IMG/VR virus record: IMGVR_UViG_3300029305_003800
Coordinates: 35,787 to 99,786 of that record
Length of the DNA stretch: 64,000 nt
Source: a virus
Taxonomy: Duplodnaviria > Caudoviricetes
Direction: 5' to 3' (one strand)
Below the pieces are notes generated by a model, which was given only the letters and a program-made list of their open reading frames with translations, was not told the origin of the DNA and searched no databases. This document shows positions 19,644 to 29,714 of this stretch, one piece after another. The position numbers were made by a program, and so were the translations under genes. The first letter of the stretch is position 1. Every line of letters starts with the position of its first letter.

Positions 19644-20480
19644 ATGTCAGTAAAATTAAGTGGCGAAAGCATGCAAAAGAAAGAATCTAATTTTGAATTT
19701 GGATTCTTCAAATTGGAGAATAATCATGACAAAGCAATAGTAAGATTTCTCCATGAAGACTATGAGGACTTTAGCAGGAGACCAGTCCATTATGTTAAGG
19801 TTCCAGATCAGAAATACAGAGTTGCAATCAACTGTTTAAGAGCAGATGATCAACCAGCAGATGTGTGTCCATTCTGTGCTTGTGATGTAGATACAAGCAT
19901 CATAGGAAAAAGAAGCAAGAGAATTTATATTGAATTCCTTGTATATAAAATAATGGACAAAAATGGTAAAGTATTAAAAGATTATACTGAAGAACCAAAA
20001 AGAATGGTGTGGGAAAAAGAAAGAAAGTTTGACGATAAGATTTTCTCATTAACATCAAGATATCCACATATTTGTGACACAGTATTCCAAGTGGAAAGAT
20101 TTGGTGAGAAAGGATCTACAGAAACAACTTACGATATTTATCCTATTAACTTTGATCCAAAAGATTATCCATTTAATCTTCCAGAAAAATTGTATGATCC
20201 AGATGGAATTCAAGTTAAAGATAAAACAGCAGATGAAATGAACTATTATATTGAAAATGAATACAAATTCCCTCCAACCTCAGAAGATGATGGCGAAGTA
20301 GTTGAAAGAAGAAGAGATGTGGCTCAAAACTCTACTCCAGTTCAACAAACAGAACCAACAGTTGTAAGAGAAGAACCAGTTCAATCACAAGTTGTTCAAC
20401 CTCAACCAGCATCCGTAGAACAACCAGTTCAACAAGAACCAGTTGCTCAACCAGCAGTGACTAGAAGAAGGAGTATTTAG
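19644..20480 (+). CDS. single-stranded DNA-binding protein (gp32-like, Zn-binding)
   Basis: FFKL...AIVRFL..H...C...CPFC; R.GEKGS.ETTY; low-complexity tail; next to polymerase. Confidence 0.7.
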   Translation: MSVKLSGESMQKKESNFEFGFFKLENNHDKAIVRFLHEDYEDFSRRPVHYVKVPDQKYRVAINCLRADDQPADVCPFCACDVDTSIIGKRSKRIYIEFLVYKIMDKNGKVLKDYTEEPKRMVWEKERKFDDKIFSLTSRYPHICDTVFQVERFGEKGSTETTYDIYPINFDPKDYPFNLPEKLYDPDGIQVKDKTADEMNYYIENEYKFPPTSEDDGEVVERRRDVAQNSTPVQQTEPTVVREEPVQSQVVQPQPASVEQPVQQEPVAQPAVTRRRSI

Positions 20481-20482
20481 CA

Positions 20483-22888
20483 ATGTATGAAATATCTTTA
20501 TTTGAAGACATAAATCCAAGAAGTTCAAGAGATACTGATAAGAAATTAACAAGTAAATTGAGCGATAAGAAACCATCTTCAATTAAAGGTAACACAATAA
20601 GAGATAAGATGGAACTTATACAAAGAGAAGTAGAGAACCACTTATCTTTTTTATTTGATGTTACAGAAGAATGCAGATCGGAAGAAAGATTATCAAATTG
20701 CGTTGATAATTTTACACAGCAAGATAAAGGAACAGTTGATACAGAAACATTAGGTGTTGACTACTTTAACGACAAGATATTTGGATTTTCACTTTATGCA
20801 GAAGGAGATAAGTCAATTTATATTCCAGTATTACATAAGGGAATGGTCACAGGACAATTATTAGATGATCAATTAGAGAAGTCTCAAATAGCAAAACAAT
20901 TAGAGCGAATAAAAAACTCAAATACAAAATTATTATTCCACAACGGAAAATTTGATTTACACATGATATATCATAATTTTGGAGTTATGCTACCTATATA
21001 TTGGGATTCAATGATTGCTTCAAGATTATTACACAGTTCAGAGAAAGATCATTCACTTAAATATCAATATGCAGTTAAAGTAAAAGGTGAAACAGGAAAG
21101 TCATATAATTTTAAGAGTTTGTTTGATGGAGTGCCACCAGAAATGGTTCCTATTAAAACAATGACTCCATATGCTGCAGGAGATACATTTGAAACAATGG
21201 CATTACAGGAATTCCAGGAAAAAGAATTCAAAAAGTATCCAGGTATATATAAAGTATTTCAATTAGAAATGAAATTATTACCACTTCTGATAGAGATGGA
21301 AGAAAATGGTGTGAGCATTGATAAAGAACAATTAGATTACATGACAGAAAAATATACTAAAAAACTGCAGGATGCAATGAATGGTTGTTATAAAGAACTA
21401 GAAAAATATCAGGATAAATTAAATAGATTTAATTTACAACATCCAGGAAAATTAAGTAATCCTGTAAATCTTAGTAGTCCACAACAATTATCTATTATAC
21501 TTTATGATATTATAGGGATGGCAGAATTACCTAAATATAAGAGAGGAACAGGAAAAGAAGTCATCAAGGTATTTAAGGAAAAGAATGAATTCTGTAAAAG
21601 ATTGGCAGAAGTAAAAGAAGTAGAAAAGTTAGTTAATGGATTTATAAAATCAATTCCAAAATTTATTAGAGAAGATGGAAAGGTTCATTCAGATTTTGTT
21701 CAAGTAAAAGGGACAGGAAATACTTCTGAAGAAGATGAAGAGTCCGGAGCAGATACAGGTCGTTTTAGTTGTAAGGATCCAAATCTACAACAAATTCCAG
21801 GTAGAGGAGAAAAGTCAGAATTAAGAAAAATGTTCTGTGCAAGTCCGGGATATGTTATGTTTTCAAGCGACTATTCGCAGCAAGAACCTCGTATGTTGGC
21901 ACACTGCAGTCAGGATAAGGAAATGTTATCAGCATATAGAGAAGGAAAAGATTTATATGCTCTTATGGCATCAAAGATATATCATAAAACTTATGAAGAA
22001 TGTCTAGAATTCTATCCAGAAGGAACTAAAATAATTATAGATGGTAAAGAAGTTATCTGTGGAAAGAAAGAACACACAAACAAAGAAGGAAAAGCAAGAA
22101 GAAGTGCAACTAAGGCAGTGCTGCTCGGATTAATGTATGGCAGAGGACAAGCAAGTATCGCAGAACAGACAGGTTCAACTGTTGAAGAGGCAAAAGAACT
22201 TATTGACACATTCTATAACGAATTCCCAAATGTTAGAAAATGGATGACAAAAGTTGAAGAAGATTGTAGAAAGAATGGATATGTAGATACTATATTTGGA
22301 AGAAGAAGAGAACTACCAGATGCAATGTTACCAGAATATGCATTTAAGAGTAGAGGTGGAAAACCAAAAGGATTTAATCCTCTTGACTTTTCAATGACAG
22401 CAAGTAATGAGTTAGATTTTACTGTGGATGAAGAAACACAGAAATATTATATAAACAAATTACACAAAGCATTTGGATGGAAAGCAAAAGACGAAATAAT
22501 TCAACAAGCAAAAGCAGAAGGAATAGAAATAAAAGATAATAGTCAATATGTAGCAAAAGCAATGCGACAAGCAGTTAATTCAACAATTCAAGGTGGAAGT
22601 GCTGATATGAGCAAGTTAGCCATGTTGAAATGTTATGAAAATGAAGAGTTAAGAAGATTAGGATTTAGAATTCTATTCCCTGTTCACGATGAAATTATTG
22701 CTGAAGCACCAAAAGAAAATGCAAAAAGATGTGGAGAGTTAATGGCACAGTTAATGGTTGAAGCAGCAGCAGAAATTTGTCCATCAGTTCCTTATAAATG
22801 TGATGTAGAATATTTTGTAAATTGGGCAGGAGATTCATTGGACTATAATGAAGAAACAGGAGAGTGGTATGTAAAGGACTCTCATTAA
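20483..22888 (+). CDS. polA: DNA polymerase, family A (3'-5' exonuclease plus polymerase)
   Basis: DTET, HNGKFD, YAAGD exonuclease motifs; TGRFS..PNLQQIP, DYSQQEPR, RR..KAVLLGLMYG, VHDEI. Confidence 0.95.
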   Translation: MYEISLFEDINPRSSRDTDKKLTSKLSDKKPSSIKGNTIRDKMELIQREVENHLSFLFDVTEECRSEERLSNCVDNFTQQDKGTVDTETLGVDYFNDKIFGFSLYAEGDKSIYIPVLHKGMVTGQLLDDQLEKSQIAKQLERIKNSNTKLLFHNGKFDLHMIYHNFGVMLPIYWDSMIASRLLHSSEKDHSLKYQYAVKVKGETGKSYNFKSLFDGVPPEMVPIKTMTPYAAGDTFETMALQEFQEKEFKKYPGIYKVFQLEMKLLPLLIEMEENGVSIDKEQLDYMTEKYTKKLQDAMNGCYKELEKYQDKLNRFNLQHPGKLSNPVNLSSPQQLSIILYDIIGMAELPKYKRGTGKEVIKVFKEKNEFCKRLAEVKEVEKLVNGFIKSIPKFIREDGKVHSDFVQVKGTGNTSEEDEESGADTGRFSCKDPNLQQIPGRGEKSELRKMFCASPGYVMFSSDYSQQEPRMLAHCSQDKEMLSAYREGKDLYALMASKIYHKTYEECLEFYPEGTKIIIDGKEVICGKKEHTNKEGKARRSATKAVLLGLMYGRGQASIAEQTGSTVEEAKELIDTFYNEFPNVRKWMTKVEEDCRKNGYVDTIFGRRRELPDAMLPEYAFKSRGGKPKGFNPLDFSMTASNELDFTVDEETQKYYINKLHKAFGWKAKDEIIQQAKAEGIEIKDNSQYVAKAMRQAVNSTIQGGSADMSKLAMLKCYENEELRRLGFRILFPVHDEIIAEAPKENAKRCGELMAQLMVEAAAEICPSVPYKCDVEYFVNWAGDSLDYNEETGEWYVKDSH

Positions 22889-22894
22889 AAGTTA

Positions 22895-22922
22895 TTGAGA
22901 TGTGATTTTAATTCATTATAAT
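22895..22922 (+). promoter_or_regulatory. TTGAGA-N16-TATAAT promoter
   Basis: directly upstream of the radical SAM gene. Confidence 0.6.
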
Positions 22923-22938
22923 ATTATAGGAGGAAAGA

Positions 22939-24336
22939 ATGGATTTATTTGATGAGAATTTTGAACTAGATAAAGTTAAAGAATCAAATATAACTGAAAA
23001 AACAGATAAAGTTGAAGAAAATACAACTGAAATTGCAGTTATTGAAGATGAAGATTTTAGTGATGCAGATGTTCAAGAATTAGAAGAAAATGAACAAGAA
23101 ATAGAAACTGAACAAGAAAATAGTTCAGAGAATTTAATATCTGATGATCTATTTACAATGAAGAAAAAACCAAAAGTCGTTGTAAAACCAGATAGAAATA
23201 AAAAATACGATATGATTCCAAAGATCACACAACAATTTAGATTTTGTGGAAATCCATTTAGAATAGATTGTTACAAGGGTTGTGATTTTGGATGTAAATA
23301 TTGTTTTGCTAATGCTTCAAATCTTTTAGGAAGAAAGGGATGGCAAACAGGAGATATTGATAGACTTGAAAGATTTATGGCGAGAGCATTAGATAAGGAT
23401 GAAAATGGAAACTACAAATGTGAAACAAATAGTTTATCAATGGAATGTGTAAGACATAGAGTTCCAATGCATTGTGGAGGACTTAGCGATCCATTCCAAG
23501 ATAGAGAGTGGGAATTAGGAATAACTTATAGACTTATTCAATTAAGTAATAAATATAATTATCCTATTGTATTTAGCACAAAGGGAGTTATTCCATCTGA
23601 TTCAAAATATTGGGATATTCTTAATCCAAAAATTCACACATTTCAATTAAGTTTGATAAGTAAACATACTGAGTTTTTACACAGGTATGAAACAAATACA
23701 GGAACAGCAGAGCAAAGAATAGCATTTGCAAGAGAATTAAAAAGAAGAGGATTTTGGGTAGCAATAAGAATTCAACCATGTATAGACTTAAATGAAGCAT
23801 TACAATTAGTTGAAGAAATAAGTGGTGATGTAAACTATATTACAGTAGAGCATTTGAAAATTGATATTGGAAATGATATGATAAAAGAATTATTTGCAGA
23901 TCAATTAGATAGTGGGGATTACCATAGAATATCTACAATGCTATTTGAAATGGAGACTGAGAAGAAAATTCGTGATGTTGAAGCAATTAAGAAGATAAGT
24001 AAATGTCCTATAGGTTGTGGAGATAATGATATTCATTATTTATCTGATTCAGATTGTTGTTGTGGAATTGATACTATGGGACCAGAATTTGAAAATTGGA
24101 TAAAATATAATATGACATATATTTCACATCATATGAATGATGATAATGAAAAACTTTGGACTCCTGATCAAAGTTGCACAGAATGTTTTTTCAAAGGTTC
24201 ATTTGGAAATAAGGTTAGTGCAAAAGATATTAAGAATTTGAACTTCAAACAATTTGTAGCAGAATATTGTAGAAGACATCCAGAATTTATGAAACGAAAA
24301 GAAAGATATGTAAATGATTTATTTGGTGAAGATTAA
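22939..24336 (+). CDS. radical SAM enzyme (spore photoproduct lyase-like) with acidic N-terminal extension
   Basis: D.YKGCDFGCKYCFA (CxxxCxxC), GGLSDPFQ..E, FSTKG, RIQP, C-terminal CCCG. Confidence 0.88.
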   Translation: MDLFDENFELDKVKESNITEKTDKVEENTTEIAVIEDEDFSDADVQELEENEQEIETEQENSSENLISDDLFTMKKKPKVVVKPDRNKKYDMIPKITQQFRFCGNPFRIDCYKGCDFGCKYCFANASNLLGRKGWQTGDIDRLERFMARALDKDENGNYKCETNSLSMECVRHRVPMHCGGLSDPFQDREWELGITYRLIQLSNKYNYPIVFSTKGVIPSDSKYWDILNPKIHTFQLSLISKHTEFLHRYETNTGTAEQRIAFARELKRRGFWVAIRIQPCIDLNEALQLVEEISGDVNYITVEHLKIDIGNDMIKELFADQLDSGDYHRISTMLFEMETEKKIRDVEAIKKISKCPIGCGDNDIHYLSDSDCCCGIDTMGPEFENWIKYNMTYISHHMNDDNEKLWTPDQSCTECFFKGSFGNKVSAKDIKNLNFKQFVAEYCRRHPEFMKRKERYVNDLFGED

Positions 24337-24347
24337 TAGGAGGAAAG

Positions 24348-25397
24348 ATGGAAAAGAAAAGCATAGAAAAGTTATATTCAAATGAGATTGTGTTCCGTGG
24401 TCATCCAGATAAAGTATGTGATGAAATTGCAGGAGCAATATTAAGGGAATACATTAAGAGAGATCAACATACTCATGCAGGAATTGAAGTGTGTGGAGGA
24501 AAAGGCAAGATATTCATCACAGGAGAAGTGTCAAGTTTAGCAAGAGTAAATGTAAAGAAAATTGCTAAGAAAGTTTTGAAATCAGTGGGATATAGAACAA
24601 ATTATAAGATAATTAATAATATTGGATTGCAAAGTCCAGATATTAATCAAGGTGTAACACAGTCTTCAGGAGAAATAGGTGCAGGTGATCAAGGTATGAT
24701 GTTTGGTTATGCTTGTAATGATACTGAAGAAATGTTGCCAACAGCAATGGTTATACTTCAAAGATTATCAAAAACATACGACGATTTGAGAAGAGAAAAT
24801 CCAAAAGACTTTTATCCAGATGGTAAAGCACAAATAACAGGAGTCTATGATGAAAACTTCAGATTAAAGAGAATTAAAACATTTGTGATTAGTTATCAAA
24901 ATGCAGAAATAAACAGAGAGAAAACAGATGAACTATTAAAATCTATCGCAAGTGGTATAGCAAAAGACTTCAATATTGAAGTAGAGGAATTTTTAATCAA
25001 TCCTACAGGAAAGTTTTTAATAGGTGGATTTGATGGAGATGCTGGATTAACAGGAAGAAAGATAGTTGTAGATGCTTATCAATCATTTGCCAATGTTGGT
25101 GGTGGAAATATGAATGGTAAAGATCCATCAAAAGTAGATTTCAGTGCAGCACATAAGGCAAGACAATTAGCAAAGAGAATTGTTAAGAATATGAAACTTA
25201 AATGGGCAGAAGTTCAATTAAGTTATGCTATAGGTGTAGCAGAGCCAGTTGCAATTTATATTGATTCAAATAGAGGAAATATAGAACCACCAAAAACATG
25301 GTATAAAGAATGTAAACCAGCAAATATCATCAAAGAATTAGGACTTTTAGAAGTAGATTATGAAGAATTAGCAAAGTTTGGTCATTTCACAGATTAG
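24348..25397 (+). CDS. metK: S-adenosylmethionine synthetase
   Basis: GHPDKVCD, QSPDINQGV, GAGDQGMMFGYA, DGKAQ, INPTG.F..GG..GDAGLTGRK, GKDPSKVD. Confidence 0.95.
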   Translation: MEKKSIEKLYSNEIVFRGHPDKVCDEIAGAILREYIKRDQHTHAGIEVCGGKGKIFITGEVSSLARVNVKKIAKKVLKSVGYRTNYKIINNIGLQSPDINQGVTQSSGEIGAGDQGMMFGYACNDTEEMLPTAMVILQRLSKTYDDLRRENPKDFYPDGKAQITGVYDENFRLKRIKTFVISYQNAEINREKTDELLKSIASGIAKDFNIEVEEFLINPTGKFLIGGFDGDAGLTGRKIVVDAYQSFANVGGGNMNGKDPSKVDFSAAHKARQLAKRIVKNMKLKWAEVQLSYAIGVAEPVAIYIDSNRGNIEPPKTWYKECKPANIIKELGLLEVDYEELAKFGHFTD

Positions 25398-25407
25398 GAG
25401 ATAATTT

Positions 25408-25905
25408 ATGTATATAGATTATATAACGAGAGATGATTATGCAGAATTAATGATCATTTGGAGAAGTCAAAGTGATAAGGCATCTGGATATATATTTGGA
25501 ATCCCATATAAAACAGAAATTTATGAAATGATAGATGAAAAGAGATTTTTATGCGTCAGAGATAATAACAAAATGATTGCTATTTGTGGGTTCAAAGTCC
25601 AAAAGAGAAATCCCATTGTTAAATTGTGCAATATATGGGTAGATCCAAATTACCGTAGAAAAAGAATTGCCACAACGATGATGGCAGAAGTATTGAAGAG
25701 AGTGGATGAAAGTTATTATCCAGTCATTAGTTGTAAAGATGGTGCAGAAAATAACAGTTTTTATGAATCATTAAAATTACAAAATTATACAATAAAATCA
25801 ACGAATGTTATGAAAGTTAGAACATACATTCTTGATAGAGAAAAAATAAACAATAAAATAAATATAGAATTAAAATTTACAAATCAAGGAGGAAATAAAG
25901 AATGA
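25408..25905 (+). CDS. GNAT-family acetyltransferase
   Basis: LCNIWVDPNYRRKRIATTM (motif A), N..FYESL. Confidence 0.8.
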   Translation: MYIDYITRDDYAELMIIWRSQSDKASGYIFGIPYKTEIYEMIDEKRFLCVRDNNKMIAICGFKVQKRNPIVKLCNIWVDPNYRRKRIATTMMAEVLKRVDESYYPVISCKDGAENNSFYESLKLQNYTIKSTNVMKVRTYILDREKINNKINIELKFTNQGGNKE

Positions 25906-26996
25906 GTAAATTTGAAATCGGAACAGAAAAATTAACAGAGGCAGTAAACAGAGCAAGTAAAGGAGTAGGAAACATAGGAATATTTGTTATTACATCAGTT
26001 ATGGGGTTAGAAGGAAAAGATGGTAATCTTATTCTTACAACAACAGATAATTCAACAAATCTTACCGTAACAGTAAAAGATGTTTTACCAAAAGATTTAA
26101 CATTTTACACTGCAACAGAGGCAGCATTGCTAAAAGCACTTGTAAATAAAACAACATCCGCAACAATAGAATTAGATATTCAAGAAGATAAAATTGTATT
26201 TAGTGGAAACTGTGATGCAAATCTTCCTATTGTTCAAAATGATGAAGGAACAGGTCCAGCAAGAATTAGAAAGACTCTTGTAGAAGGAGAACCACAAACA
26301 GTAAAAGTATCAGATCTTAAAAAGTTCTTAAGATACTTAAAAGGCACATTACCAACAAGTAGTGAAAATCCACAATATTTAGCATATAGAGTCGGAAATA
26401 ATTTTGCTATGACTTATGACAATTTTGGATCAAACTTAATTGAAATTGAATGGAATCCAGGTGATATTTTAATTCCATCACAAATAGTAAATTTATTTGA
26501 TTTACTTAAAGATGAGACTGCTAAAATAACTGTAGCAGATGGAAAAATCAAAGTTGAAACAGATGAAATTGTTGTTACAGGATCATTAAGAGCAGATGTG
26601 GATAAATATCCAACAGAAAGATTTACAAGAATTGTTTATTCAACAGAAATGTTTAATACAGAGGTCACTATAGATAAATCAAGACTTGTAGATGCATTAG
26701 ATCGTTTATCATTGTTTGTAACAAAAGATACAGAATATAAATTTACTGCAGAAATTGGAAAAGATTCAATTATGTTGTTAACAAATGATAGAAACTATGT
26801 AGAAAAAGTTGAATTTGAAAAGAGTGATGCATCAGTTGCAGAAGTAGAAAGAATTGTAGGACTTGCAACTCTTAAGGCAGCAGTATCAGCATTAAGTGGA
26901 GACAAAGTTGTAGTTAACTTTGGTGAAAATGGTGGTATGAGAATTACAGAGGACAAGGCATACATGGTTGTTCCATATGCAAGAAAGTTGAATTAA
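25902..26996 (+). CDS. dnaN: sliding clamp, DNA polymerase III beta-like
   Basis: 364 aa; LILTTTD, KYP, IDKSRLVDALDRLSLF, C-terminal MVVP; replication context. Confidence 0.8.
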   Translation: MSKFEIGTEKLTEAVNRASKGVGNIGIFVITSVMGLEGKDGNLILTTTDNSTNLTVTVKDVLPKDLTFYTATEAALLKALVNKTTSATIELDIQEDKIVFSGNCDANLPIVQNDEGTGPARIRKTLVEGEPQTVKVSDLKKFLRYLKGTLPTSSENPQYLAYRVGNNFAMTYDNFGSNLIEIEWNPGDILIPSQIVNLFDLLKDETAKITVADGKIKVETDEIVVTGSLRADVDKYPTERFTRIVYSTEMFNTEVTIDKSRLVDALDRLSLFVTKDTEYKFTAEIGKDSIMLLTNDRNYVEKVEFEKSDASVAEVERIVGLATLKAAVSALSGDKVVVNFGENGGMRITEDKAYMVVPYARKLN

Positions 26997-27007
26997 GGAG
27001 ATAAAAG

Positions 27008-27826
27008 ATGAGCAGTTCAGCAAAAAGAGATTTATTTTCAATGATAAGTGCAGCAGTTGATGAATTGCCACCAGAGGAATCATTTTTATCAGACTTGAGA
27101 AATACAGTTCAGAAATGTAATCCTCCAAGAAAGGGAAGTAGATTTTATAAACCATCTTCTATGAACTGTAATAGGTGTATGTTTTATATAGCAAAGGGAA
27201 CAGATCCTGATGATTCATTACCTAGTTACAGTTCTGTGAGGATTACAGAGTCTGGAACTTCCAGTCACGAGAAAATACAATATTATGTAAGTCAAATGAG
27301 AAATAAAGGATTTGACTGTGATTGGATAGATCCTAAGTGGTATGTAAAGAACAAATGTCTAAATTACTTAAGAATTCAAGATGAAGAATTTTGTAAAGAA
27401 TTTGGATTTGAGTATCATGGAGAAAAAGAATTTGAAACAAAATTCTTTGATACAAGATATAATTTATCTTTTATGTGTGATGGAATTATTAGATATAAGG
27501 GAAAGTATTATATACTTGAAATAAAAACTGAAACAGATTATAAAAATATGAACAGAACAGAGGCAGATGAAAAGCATAGAAATCAGTCTGTTTGTTATTC
27601 TTTATCTTTGGGAATAGAAGATATTATGTGGATTTATGAAAGTAGAAACATTTGCAATCCTCAGGTATTTCACACAAAAGTAACAGATAAAGAAAGAGAA
27701 GAAATGGTATTGAAAATTGAATATGTAGATGATTGTGTTAGAAATAATATTCTACCTCCAAAGGTGGATGATCATAAAGCATGTCAATACTGTTCATTTA
27801 GAGGAATTTGTTCAAGGAGTAAGTAA
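27008..27826 (+). CDS. Cas4-like PD-(D/E)xK exonuclease
   Basis: PSSMNC.R, G...H, CDGII, LEIKT, Q...Y, C-terminal CQYC....C. Confidence 0.8.
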   Translation: MSSSAKRDLFSMISAAVDELPPEESFLSDLRNTVQKCNPPRKGSRFYKPSSMNCNRCMFYIAKGTDPDDSLPSYSSVRITESGTSSHEKIQYYVSQMRNKGFDCDWIDPKWYVKNKCLNYLRIQDEEFCKEFGFEYHGEKEFETKFFDTRYNLSFMCDGIIRYKGKYYILEIKTETDYKNMNRTEADEKHRNQSVCYSLSLGIEDIMWIYESRNICNPQVFHTKVTDKEREEMVLKIEYVDDCVRNNILPPKVDDHKACQYCSFRGICSRSK

Positions 27827-28320
27827 TGGCTAAATCAAGAGGAAAGGAATTTGAAAAGAACTTCAGTGATACAGTAAAAGAGTTACAAGCACAGGGATTT
27901 CAAGTAGATATTCAAAGACTATATGATGTTGTAGGGAAGAAAACTATAAATCAACCATCAGATTTTACATGTTATTATTATCCAAATGAAATATATGTAG
28001 AATGTAAGTCAACAAATGATTCTTCTTTTAGTTATTATTATCAACCTCAATATCCAAGACTTATAGAGAAGTCAAAAATACGAGGAATAAAAGCAGGAAT
28101 GCTTATTTGGTTCGTAAAATATAAAAGAGTCTTTTGGGTAGATATTGATTGGATGCAGGGATTATTTAATTCTTCAGGAGTGAAGTCATTCACAGTAAAT
28201 AGACTAAGTGAGGCAATAAAGTATAAAATGCATGGAGTATTTGAAGTAGAACAAACCTCTGTAAGAATAAATCCAAAGATGCATTTAGAAAGTATGTTTG
28301 AATTTATAGTAGGAGATTAA
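27826..28320 (+). CDS. recU: RecU-like Holliday junction resolvase
   Basis: SRGKEFE, QPSDF, VECKST, Q...L. Confidence 0.75.
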   Translation: MAKSRGKEFEKNFSDTVKELQAQGFQVDIQRLYDVVGKKTINQPSDFTCYYYPNEIYVECKSTNDSSFSYYYQPQYPRLIEKSKIRGIKAGMLIWFVKYKRVFWVDIDWMQGLFNSSGVKSFTVNRLSEAIKYKMHGVFEVEQTSVRINPKMHLESMFEFIVGD

Positions 28321-28325
28321 AATAA

Positions 28326-29186
28326 ATGATAGATTATATTACTGATCCAAGAGAATTAACTCCAGTAGAAAATGTAAATGGAATGTGGATTAAAAGAGAA
28401 GATTTATTTGCTCCATTTGGATTAGGAGATGTAAATGGTGGAAAATTAAGACAATGTTGGTTGCTATTAGAGGGTATAAAAGATAAGTATCCAGGAGTAA
28501 TAACTTGCTGTAGTATGTATAGTCCACAAGGTCCTATAAGTGCAGCAGTTGCAGAGCATTTTAATTTAACCTGTGATTTATATTTGGGCAGAACATCAGA
28601 AGAAAAGATACAAACACTTCCGATGCCTATGTTAGCAAGAAAACATGGAGCGATTATATCATTTCATCCAAAGCATCTAAAACAAAAGAATTTATACTAT
28701 TTAGCAAGAAAGAATGCAGAAATAGAAAATAAGTTTGTGATAGAGTATGGATTTAATTTAGATGATAATCCAGAAGCAATTTTAGGTGCAATATCAAATC
28801 AAGTTCAAAATATACCAGATGAATTAGACAATTTAATTGTAACATGTGGAAGTGGAATAACAAGTAGAGGAATTCTCATAGGATTAAAGAAATTTAACAA
28901 ACATGTTAAAAAGATTTATTTTGTAGCAACTGCACCTAGCAGAGAAAAAGCAATTGACGAAACTATAAAAGAACATAAAATAGATATAGAGTATGAGATT
29001 ATTGATTTATTTCATAGAAAAGGATTTGTATATCAGAATGAAAAATATGCAAATATAGGGAATATAGAACTTCATCCTAACTATGAAGCAAAGACATATT
29101 TATGGTTAGTAAATGAAAGCAATATAGATCGTAAAAATAATAAAACACTGTTTTGGATTGTAGGTTCAAAACCAACAAAGAGGTAA
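28326..29186 (+). CDS. PLP-dependent enzyme, fold type II (ACC deaminase/D-cysteine desulfhydrase-like)
   Basis: LTPVE...WIKREDL....NGGKLRQ, VTCGSGITS.G, LHPNYEAK, LFWIVG. Confidence 0.85.
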   Translation: MIDYITDPRELTPVENVNGMWIKREDLFAPFGLGDVNGGKLRQCWLLLEGIKDKYPGVITCCSMYSPQGPISAAVAEHFNLTCDLYLGRTSEEKIQTLPMPMLARKHGAIISFHPKHLKQKNLYYLARKNAEIENKFVIEYGFNLDDNPEAILGAISNQVQNIPDELDNLIVTCGSGITSRGILIGLKKFNKHVKKIYFVATAPSREKAIDETIKEHKIDIEYEIIDLFHRKGFVYQNEKYANIGNIELHPNYEAKTYLWLVNESNIDRKNNKTLFWIVGSKPTKR

Positions 29187-29189
29187 ATT

Positions 29190-29714
29190 ATGAAAAGTTC
29201 ATTATTTGTAGCAGATCAGTTAGATACAGATAAGATATTGAAAAAGATAAATAGAGTAGATGAAAATGGACAAAAATTAGATGCAATAGTTAATCAAGTT
29301 GTAAGTAATTATTGTGCAGAATTAGATAAGTTTATAGAAAGAATTTATTCTCTTGTATCTAATAAAAGTATAGATGTTCCTGATGTAGATATTGAATATA
29401 TGATATTACAATTACCTTGTTTAATGTATTTTGCTTCAAACAAACTTGAGCAATTAGGACTTAGAGAAGATATTGCTAGAGGTGCAGAAAAAGAAAAATA
29501 TAATAATATCTTATTAAGCACAGAAGGAAAGGTTCTTGAAAAAGAGAGTGCAGCAGAAATGGGTTGTCAAGAAGAGGCACTGATAACTGCAATAAATTCA
29601 AGAGCATACAGAAAAATAAAGTCAAGATTAGAGTATGCTTCAGCAACATTAGAAAGTTTGAAGAAAGTTTTAACAAATAGAATAAGTGACAAAGAATTAT
29701 CAGGGAGATCATAA
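29190..29714 (+). CDS. helical hypothetical protein (possible UvsY-like recombination mediator)
   Basis: coiled-coil pattern; lies near RecA (function is inference). Confidence 0.5.
   Translation: MKSSLFVADQLDTDKILKKINRVDENGQKLDAIVNQVVSNYCAELDKFIERIYSLVSNKSIDVPDVDIEYMILQLPCLMYFASNKLEQLGLREDIARGAEKEKYNNILLSTEGKVLEKESAAEMGCQEEALITAINSRAYRKIKSRLEYASATLESLKKVLTNRISDKELSGRS

Noticed and set aside
27008-27826. Cas4-like gene as sign of a CRISPR-Cas locus
   Set aside because: No cas1/cas2 or repeat-spacer array seen; solo Cas4-like nucleases are common in phage recombination modules.
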